Shown here: positions 27,978 through 34,219 of the stretch, piece after piece
How the letters are laid out: every line of letters starts with the position of its first letter
Position numbering within the stretch: position 1 is the stretch's first letter
Source of the DNA: Clostridiales bacterium
GTDB lineage: Bacteria; Bacillota; Clostridia; Saccharofermentanales; DTU023
Reading direction: 5' to 3'
DNA length: 64,000 bases
NCBI GenBank assembly: GCA_004556925.1
Contig: SFFI01000004.1
Span: 9,298-73,297, forward strand
Position numbers and translations under genes: made by a program
Notes under the pieces: generated by a model
Databases searched by the model: none
What the model was told of the DNA's origin: nothing
The model's input: the letters and a program-made list of their open reading frames with translations, nothing else

Positions 27978-29342
27978 TTACTTGTGATCCGCCTCAAATA
28001 TTGCTCGATTGAGCAGGCCGGTCTGGCTGGCCACAAGGGTAGCCGAAACATTGCAGCAGGTAACATTGTTCATAGTCCGGGCCATGTCCGAAATGCTGTT
28101 AATCGGCATCATGAGGACAACGGCGGCAATCGGCAGATTCATCGCGCTGAAAACAGCCACTGCGGAGACGACGCCAATTCCCGGGATGCCTGCGCTACCT
28201 AGAGCGAGAATCAGGGTAAGAACAAAGAGCAGGAGATAGTCCTGAATGCCCCAGGCGAGGCCGACCGCATTTTTATAGAAGATAGCCAGTAATACGGGCC
28301 AGATACAGGTGCAACCGGGCATACCGATGGTCGTGCCCAGAGGTGCTGTAAAATTCGCCACTTCTTCGTCTACGCCTACACGCTTCACGAGGGAATCAAT
28401 AGTCACGGGCAGAGTGCCAACGCTGCTCTGCGTAGTAAAAGCCGTGGCCTGTGCCTGGAAAATTTTCTTGAAAAAGCGCTTAGGACTGAGCTTCGCCACG
28501 AAACGGATGAGAATCGCATTGAAGGCATAAGCATGCAGAAAGCAGAGAAGGTAAATCAACACGACAAGGAGCAGGAGCTGCAAGAGGGCTGATCGGTCTG
28601 TGAAAAGTTTTCCGGCGGCTGTGGCTGTCAGGCAGAGCACAGCGTAGGGAGTCAAGTCGATAATAAAGGCCAGAATGCGGTAGATGATCTCCTTGCAGGC
28701 CTCTACCACGTGCTTGAACGGCAAAACTTTAGCTTCGCCCTGTTCCGACGCAACTGCGATATAGCCCAGAGCAATAGCAATGGCGCTAAAGATCACCGGG
28801 ACGATACTATTGTTGACCATATCGCCCAGCAAATTACTCGGGAAGAGATTCAGGAGCACCTGATCGAAGCTCGTCTGAACGCCCTCATAAGCGGCAAGAG
28901 TACTCTCTGACACGTTGTCAATTTCTTGAAAGATCATGGCGCCATTGTTTCCCAGATGGAAAATGGAGCCAAAAAGGATACTAAGCACAATCGCAGCAGC
29001 TGCCGAAAACATCAGCCAGAAAACAGACTTGAGGCCGATGGTGCGAATTTTTTCCTTATCGTTCAGGCTAATAAACCCTGCGATGATGGAAATAAATACG
29101 ACAGGAACCACCACGGCCTTAATAATACGGATATAAATATCTCCGATCAGACTGACCCAGGTCAGGTAGCTACCATCCGGAGTCGAAAAAACGAGACCGA
29201 TCGCCGCACCCAGCGCCATAGCCAGGAGCACTACCAGAGTCCAGTTAATTTTCTGAGAAAGCCAGGTGAGGCCTTTGAAGCACAATAATGCGATGGACAG
29301 GACAAAGATGGCCATCCAGTTAAGACTTAACAATAGATCCAA
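27978..29342 (-). CDS. dicarboxylate/amino acid:cation symporter family transporter (TcyP-like cystine symporter subgroup suspected)
   Basis: TTG start at 29342 with AAGGAGG 8 nt upstream. 454 aa, multi-pass. The motif VANFTAPLGTTIGMPGCTCIWP matches the DAACS reentrant-loop region; from memory, the GC pair recalls TcyP. Confidence 0.85.
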   Translation of the reverse strand: MDLLLSLNWMAIFVLSIALLCFKGLTWLSQKINWTLVVLLAMALGAAIGLVFSTPDGSYLTWVSLIGDIYIRIIKAVVVPVVFISIIAGFISLNDKEKIRTIGLKSVFWLMFSAAAAIVLSILFGSIFHLGNNGAMIFQEIDNVSESTLAAYEGVQTSFDQVLLNLFPSNLLGDMVNNSIVPVIFSAIAIALGYIAVASEQGEAKVLPFKHVVEACKEIIYRILAFIIDLTPYAVLCLTATAAGKLFTDRSALLQLLLLVVLIYLLCFLHAYAFNAILIRFVAKLSPKRFFKKIFQAQATAFTTQSSVGTLPVTIDSLVKRVGVDEEVANFTAPLGTTIGMPGCTCIWPVLLAIFYKNAVGLAWGIQDYLLLFVLTLILALGSAGIPGIGVVSAVAVFSAMNLPIAAVVLMMPINSISDMARTMNNVTCCNVSATLVASQTGLLNRAIFEADHK

Positions 29343-29657
29343 ATCAACAACCTCCTTATGGATTCACAAAAGATTTGCAAATGCCCGCAAATAGCCGCAG
29401 TAATTCAGCCCTACACCCCGCAATACAGAGTCTGGAAAAGAGTAGCTTTAACTGTGTGTGCGGGACTTTTTTAAAGACCAGACATATCTTACGACTGCTT
29501 CCCTAGCAACTCAACCGAATATGCAACTTTTACTACGAATTTATCCTATCGATATAATCGCAATTATCTCTTTTGAATGTAAAAGTAGGAAAAATTACCA
29601 TAAGACTTGCCAAATGCTCTGAGCAAGTCTTTTTACTCAGCTCATCCAAGTTTCTCA

Positions 29658-29867
29658 TTCTCACTCACTACACCCAACTTCAGTCAAGCCATCAAACTAG
29701 TAAGAAAATCCGGAAAGTTGAAGTATCTCGACCTTTCTCATAGCTAATCCAAGCTATTCATTTTTTCACTAGCTCATTCCGCTCCTTTCTCACTCAGTAC
29801 ATCTAACTTCAGTCAAGCCATCAAACTAGTAAGAAAATCCGGAAAGTTGAAGTATCTCGACCTTTCT
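29658..29867. repeat. two ~81-bp direct repeats, 129-bp period
   Basis: A 63-bp perfect core, AACTTCAGTCAAGCCATCAAACTAGTAAGAAAATCCGGAAAGTTGAAGTATCTCGACCTTTCT, occurs at 29676-29738 and 29805-29867. Each is preceded by an imperfect TTCTCACTCA(C/G)TACA(C/T)C(C/T). Confidence 0.85.
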
Positions 29868-29948
29868 AGCGCCTGGTGGCCTGACCATTTCTCTTCAGAA
29901 CCAGTAGGTTTGGCCTCTCTTTTTCAAAATTCCTGGATTTCGGACAAA

Positions 29949-30131
29949 TTTGCAGGTAATGGATGGGTTTGCTCTCAGAAACAGAGGCCAAATCACCCAT
30001 TACCTGCAGATTTGCCCGCGTTACCATCCACTAGTTGCAAAAATGTCCGGCGGCCCACCCATTAGTTGCAAAAATGCCCGCGATTTCAGAATTCCGAAAG
30101 TCAAGTCCGCTAAATCAGGGGTTTGCCAACC
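29949..30131. repeat. long-hairpin plus TTGCAAAAATGCCCG-box module, homologous to 13442-13562
   Basis: Stem TGCAGGTAATGGATG (29951-) pairs with CACCCATTACCTGCA (-30008). Boxes lie at 30035-30049 and 30066-30080, followed by a half hairpin ending TTTGCCAACC at 30131. Confidence 0.75.
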
Positions 30132-30722
30132 TTTTCGGCCCGGCCGGGCCAGTTTAGCAGGAGATTTTAGTTGGCAAGTTCGCCAAATTAGGGGTTTGCC
30201 AACCATTTTCTGGCTCGCATTTGCTTGGGGAGGCCAAATAATGGTTGGCAAATCGTCTAAAGTAGCACTTTGCCAACTCTTTTCGGGGCAACCCCGTGCA
30301 GGAATAGCAAAAAAAGAGTTGGCAAATCCGCCAAATCAGCACTTTGCCAACTATTTTTCAGCTCACATTTGCTTGGGGAGGCCAAATAATGGTTGGCAGA
30401 TCGTCTAAAGCAAGACTTTGCCAACCTTTTTCGGGGTAATACCATGCAGAGACAGCAAAAAAAGAGTTGGCAAATCCGCCAAATCAGCACTTTGCCAACC
30501 TTTTTCCGGCTCACATTTGCTTGGGGAGACCAAATAATGGTTGGCAAATCGTCTAAAGCAGCACTTTGCTAACTATTTTTCAGCTCACATTTGCTTGAGG
30601 AGGCCAAATAATGGTTGGCAGATCGTCTAAAGTAGCACTTTGCCAACTCTTTTCGGGGCAACCCCATGCAGGAACAGCAAAAAAAGAGTTGGCAAGTCCG
30701 CTAAATCAGGAGTTTGCCAACC
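30100..30722. repeat. tandem array of eight 35-nt palindromic hairpin units, 74-bp period, 148-bp higher-order unit
   Basis: GGTTGGCAR-N16/17-TTTGCCAAC units start at 30170, 30243, 30318, 30391, 30466, 30539, 30613 and 30688. Two loop/linker subtypes alternate. Confidence 0.9.
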
Positions 30723-30781
30723 ATTTTCAGGCTGGCAGGGCCGGATAAGCTCAATTTATGGTGGAATGTCATAATACTTTA

Positions 30782-31045
30782 TTTCACATGAATTTTGGCC
30801 AAATAATTAAGGGCGAAAGGCATGTGAAAAATGACTTCTTCAATTTCCACAGCTAATTAACAGCTAATTGGCTGAAATCTAAGGGCAGGTTTACCTGTGA
30901 AAAGTGACTTCTTCGATTTTCACAGCTAATTAACAGCTAATTAGTTGAAATCTAAGGGTAGGTTAAGCTGTGAAAAATGAATTCCGCAAGTTCCACCGGC
31001 AATTGGCTGAAATCGAATGATAGAATAGCATGTGAAAGATGAAGT
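30782..31045. repeat. ~73-bp tandem repeat, about 3.3 copies, each with a GTGAAAA...TTTTCAC hairpin
   Basis: Units begin at 30823, 30896, 30969 and 31031. The best hairpin is CTGTGAAAA-13 nt-TTTTCACAG (30895-30925). Each is followed by AGCTAATTAACAGCTAATT.GCTGAAATCTAAGGG. Confidence 0.8.
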
Positions 31046-31179
31046 TTGGGGCACACGTGTTACGCTAGCCTAGCTCCTGTCCGCTGTTCCCACATTTGAC
31101 GTGGTCGCATTTGCTGGTCCGTCCCAATCGGCTATAAGGATATAAGCAATTACGATCTGCTATAAGAACGCTAAGAACG

Positions 31180-32391
31180 CTATAAGAAGAAGAGAATTAA
31201 GAGTAAAACAAGCAGGATCAAAGCCATTATGGACAAGCCTAGGTTTTGCTTCAGGAGGTCTAGGAAACTATGCCCGGGACCAGCAGCCCCTGGCCTGGTT
31301 TCCTCCGGCTGACTAGCCTGCCAATTCATTTCTTCCCAGGCGCCCAGCCCACTTGTAGGGAGATCGTAAATGCCTGTAGCCTGGCGGTTGGTTCCCGTTA
31401 AAGTATTGATTGGAATATAGCTACCGGTGGTTTGTTGTGGGCGGCCCCAGCCCTGGGCTGTTGGAGAGGTCACTGCACCTGGGATTTGAGGGTTAAAGCC
31501 CTGAGCAATGGCATAGATCCCGGTGACCTCGCTCGCCAGCTGTGAAGGATCTGTCGCAGTCTTCCGATAAGCGCTTGTCTGACTAGTGCCGGGGTAACGG
31601 CGGTCCGGATAGAGAAGATCACTCGTTCCCGGTCCTGTAAACACTCTCCTACTTTTGATCTTTAAGCCTAGGATGGTCTGGTTATCCCGTGCGTCATAGC
31701 GGCGGGCATTTTGGAAGAGGGATTCTACGTAGGTTTGTATGGGGGATGTTTTATCTAAAACCCATTTTATATCTTCGTCGTCCAGAGCATTTGTCATGCC
31801 GTCTGTGCAGAGGAAAAAGTGGTCGCCCGCCTGCACTTGCATGTGCTTTAAGTTCTGGGCCCGCAGCTGGTGGATTCCCGGATGATTCCCCAGAAAAAGT
31901 AAAGGGCGGTCGGATGCGTCATCATTTAGGACATGGTCCTCTGTCATACGGTAGAGATAACCGTCTCGGTAGAGGTAGATGCGGCAGCTACCCACAGCCA
32001 TGGTATAGCAGGTCTCTCCTGCCAGCATAAGCAGAGCAAGCGAGCAACCCACGGGCTGGTCTGCCTGTTTGCGCAGGCGCATCTGCAAACCTTGGTCCGC
32101 CTTCGTTAAAAAATCCTGTATGTATGCGGCAAAGGAAAAACTATAAGGATCAAGGAGGCTAAAATCAGACCGCAACTCCATGAGATAAGACTGGACCACG
32201 CGGCTGGCAATATCCCCTACACCAGCTCCACCCATGCCGTCTGTCACCGCAAAAATCTGCCAATAGTCGTCGGACTCGTCAATTTTTTGCTCACGAGAAT
32301 TCAGGGTATCAGGATAGATCCGGCCCTGGAGTTGAAAACTATCTTCATTCAAGCGCCTGGCTGTACCCGCTTGTGTCATGCCACATGCCAC
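31180..32391 (-). CDS. PP2C-family Ser/Thr protein phosphatase with C-terminal transmembrane anchor
   Basis: 403 aa. PP2C motifs TARRLNEDSF, FAVTDGMGG and LCTDGMTN, then a P/T/G/Q-rich linker and a terminal LGLSIMALILLVLLLILFFL. Confidence 0.85.
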   Translation of the reverse strand: MACGMTQAGTARRLNEDSFQLQGRIYPDTLNSREQKIDESDDYWQIFAVTDGMGGAGVGDIASRVVQSYLMELRSDFSLLDPYSFSFAAYIQDFLTKADQGLQMRLRKQADQPVGCSLALLMLAGETCYTMAVGSCRIYLYRDGYLYRMTEDHVLNDDASDRPLLFLGNHPGIHQLRAQNLKHMQVQAGDHFFLCTDGMTNALDDEDIKWVLDKTSPIQTYVESLFQNARRYDARDNQTILGLKIKSRRVFTGPGTSDLLYPDRRYPGTSQTSAYRKTATDPSQLASEVTGIYAIAQGFNPQIPGAVTSPTAQGWGRPQQTTGSYIPINTLTGTNRQATGIYDLPTSGLGAWEEMNWQASQPEETRPGAAGPGHSFLDLLKQNLGLSIMALILLVLLLILFFL

Positions 32392-32439
32392 TACCGATGC
32401 GATAAGACCTCACCCCCTTCCTTCTCAAATCTCAAGAAA

Positions 32440-32892
32440 TTAGCGGTAATTTCTGGACAACTCACGCTCCGTCTCACGTTTCTTGATAGATTCTCGTTTG
32501 TCGTACAATTTCTTACCCTTTGCTATAGCCAATTCTAGCTTAATCAAACCTCTTTTTAAATATAATCGCAGGGGGATCAAGGTCAGGCCCTCTTGCTGCA
32601 CACTCACTGCCAATTTCCTAATTTCTCTTTTGTGCAGTAGGAGCTTCCTTTTTCTCAAGGGGTCTGGGTTAAAGCGGTTACCCTGGTCATAGGGGGAAAT
32701 ATGCATCCCTTTGATAAAGACTTCACCTTTTTCCACGGTCGCATAAGCATCTTGAAGGTTGACCCGGCCTTGACGGGCAGATTTCACCTCTGTTCCCGTT
32801 AGGACTATGCCTGCTTCAAAGCTTTCCAAAATCTCATAAGAGAATCGAGCCTTGCGATTTTGCGCTAAAACTTTTACTGATTCCTTTTTCAT
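32440..32892 (-). CDS. smpB: SsrA-binding protein
   Basis: 150 aa with [13 protein letters not shown] near the N-terminus and a basic C-terminal tail, as is typical of SmpB. Confidence 0.95.
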   Translation of the reverse strand: MKKESVKVLAQNRKARFSYEILESFEAGIVLTGTEVKSARQGRVNLQDAYATVEKGEVFIKGMHISPYDQGNRFNPDPLRKRKLLLHKREIRKLAVSVQQEGLTLIPLRLYLKRGLIKLELAIAKGKKLYDKRESIKKRETERELSRNYR

Positions 32893-32970
32893 CTAGGTCC
32901 ATTCTTTCAAATTTTACAAACTTATTTCAAAAACAATACACTCATCATACAGAAGTCAGACTTATAAACA

Positions 32971-33043
32971 TTATCCACAAACTTATCAACTAAGAAGGTC
33001 AGGCCTGCAAGCTCCAAAAACTTACTTTTCCACATTATCCACT
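32971..33043 (+). promoter_or_regulatory. two DnaA-box-like 9-mers in an A/T-rich intergenic region
   Basis: TTATCCACA (32971-32979, perfect consensus) and TTATCCACT (33035-33043) lie in the same orientation, 64 bp apart, between tsaD and smpB. Confidence 0.35.
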
Positions 33044-33066
33044 GTTTTCACCTGCGTATAAGTATA

Positions 33067-34113
33067 CTAGTGGGGTATAGGGCTACCTAGTTCCCACATG
33101 GCAGTAGCATTCAGTTTCAGGTCTGCCCTCTCCCCTGCCTCATAGGCATAGTAGCTTTGTGCCGCTGTCATTGCAGCATTGTCTGTACAAAGAGTAAGGG
33201 GAGGCACATAGAGCTTGAGGCCCCGTTCCCGGCTCAAGGCTTCACTTTGGTCTCTCAGCCAAGAATTAGCCGATACCCCTCCAGCCAAAACCAACTTATC
33301 GTAGCCTGTTTGATCCAAGGCCTGAGACACATGCTCAAGTAGGCTTGCCACTACGGCTTCTTGGAAAGCAGCAGCTAAATCTTTATCTGCCAGGATATCC
33401 TCCCGTCTTACCAGACGCGTTTTGGCCTGTTGTTTAGCCTTGTTGAGGGCGTTGAGGCTGGCGGTCTTGATACCAGAAAAAGAAAAGTCCAGGGAGTCTT
33501 CAAAATGTGGATGAGGCAAATCTAAGGCCTGGGCATTGCCCATTCTAGCCAACTTATCTAATTTAGGGCCTCCCGGATAAGCTAAGCCCAGTTCGCGAGA
33601 AATTTTATCATAGGCCTCTCCCGGTGCATCGTCCCGCGTACGCGCCAAAATGACAAAGCTATTATAATCTTGTACTTCTACAATATGAGCGTGTGCCCCT
33701 GAAACGACCAGAGCTAAAAATGGCGGTTCCAGATCTTGAAAAGCCAGGTAGTTAGCCGCAATATGACTTGCCAGATGGTGGACGGGTACCAAGGGCTTCC
33801 CTGAGGCAAATGCCAGGGCTTTAGCTGCCGATACCCCTACAATCAAAGAACCAAGAAGGCCCGGCCCTGCGCACACCCCTAGCCCCGTCAAGTCCGCGAC
33901 CGAAAGGTCTGCTTCTGCGAGGGCCTGGTCAACCACCGGGACCACAGCCTCTAGGTGGGCCCTAGAGGCTAGCTCAGGCACCACACCGCCAAAGCGTTCA
34001 TGCAGGCTGGCAGACGACTGAACGACATTGGAGAGGATTTCCCTGCCTTCTGCCACGACGGCAGCTGCAGTTTCATCGCAGGAGGATTCTATCGCTAAAA
34101 ACATTTTTTTCAT
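33067..34113 (-). CDS. tsaD: tRNA N6-adenosine threonylcarbamoyltransferase
   Basis: 348 aa with LAIESSCDETAAAVV, HLEAV and the GVCAGPGLLGSLIVG motifs of Kae1/TsaD. Confidence 0.95.
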   Translation of the reverse strand: MKKMFLAIESSCDETAAAVVAEGREILSNVVQSSASLHERFGGVVPELASRAHLEAVVPVVDQALAEADLSVADLTGLGVCAGPGLLGSLIVGVSAAKALAFASGKPLVPVHHLASHIAANYLAFQDLEPPFLALVVSGAHAHIVEVQDYNSFVILARTRDDAPGEAYDKISRELGLAYPGGPKLDKLARMGNAQALDLPHPHFEDSLDFSFSGIKTASLNALNKAKQQAKTRLVRREDILADKDLAAAFQEAVVASLLEHVSQALDQTGYDKLVLAGGVSANSWLRDQSEALSRERGLKLYVPPLTLCTDNAAMTAAQSYYAYEAGERADLKLNATAMWELGSPIPH

Positions 34114-34219
34114 CGTTGTAACTTCCTTAAACCTGGAACTTCAGCTTAGGCCAGGCCTAAGAGTTTATTTTAGCATAGCCCGACTGCATGTTATACTTGT
34201 GCTCAGTTTGGCCTGAGCG

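Noticed and set aside
27178-27987. 269-aa plus-strand ORF, and 26604-27176 plus-strand 190-aa ORF
   Set aside because: They are antisense to minus-strand genes that have better support (signal peptides, RBS, domain motifs). They have odd composition and no RBS.
29343-29640. Known riboswitch (S-box, T-box or lysine) in the long leader of the TcyP-like transporter
   Set aside because: I could find no consensus core of these classes. Part of the leader instead belongs to the repeat family (the TTGCAAATGCCCG box).
29847-30547. Track ORFs inside the repeat mosaic (29847-30065 +, 29950-30408 +, 30021-30251 -, 30154-30342 -, 30257-30547 -)
   Set aside because: They are translations of tandem repeats that are open in several frames on both strands. 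Their lengths are set by point differences between repeat units, and they have no coding-like composition.
30100-30722. CRISPR array hypothesis for the evenly spaced palindromic repeats
   Set aside because: The roughly 38-bp segments between hairpins are not unique spacers. They are themselves two alternating conserved linkers. No cas genes or leader are present, and the repeats differ in their loops.
25625-31180. Classical integrase-mediated genomic island inserted in the 3' end of tmRNA
   Set aside because: There is no integrase or recombinase gene, and I could not find a direct repeat of the tmRNA 3' end at the distal boundary. Only a compositional and positional argument remains, and that is reported as a finding with caveats.
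32893-33066. Replication origin (oriC)
   Set aside because: There are only two DnaA boxes, no dnaA/dnaN/rpmH neighbourhood and no obvious DUE with 13-mer repeats.
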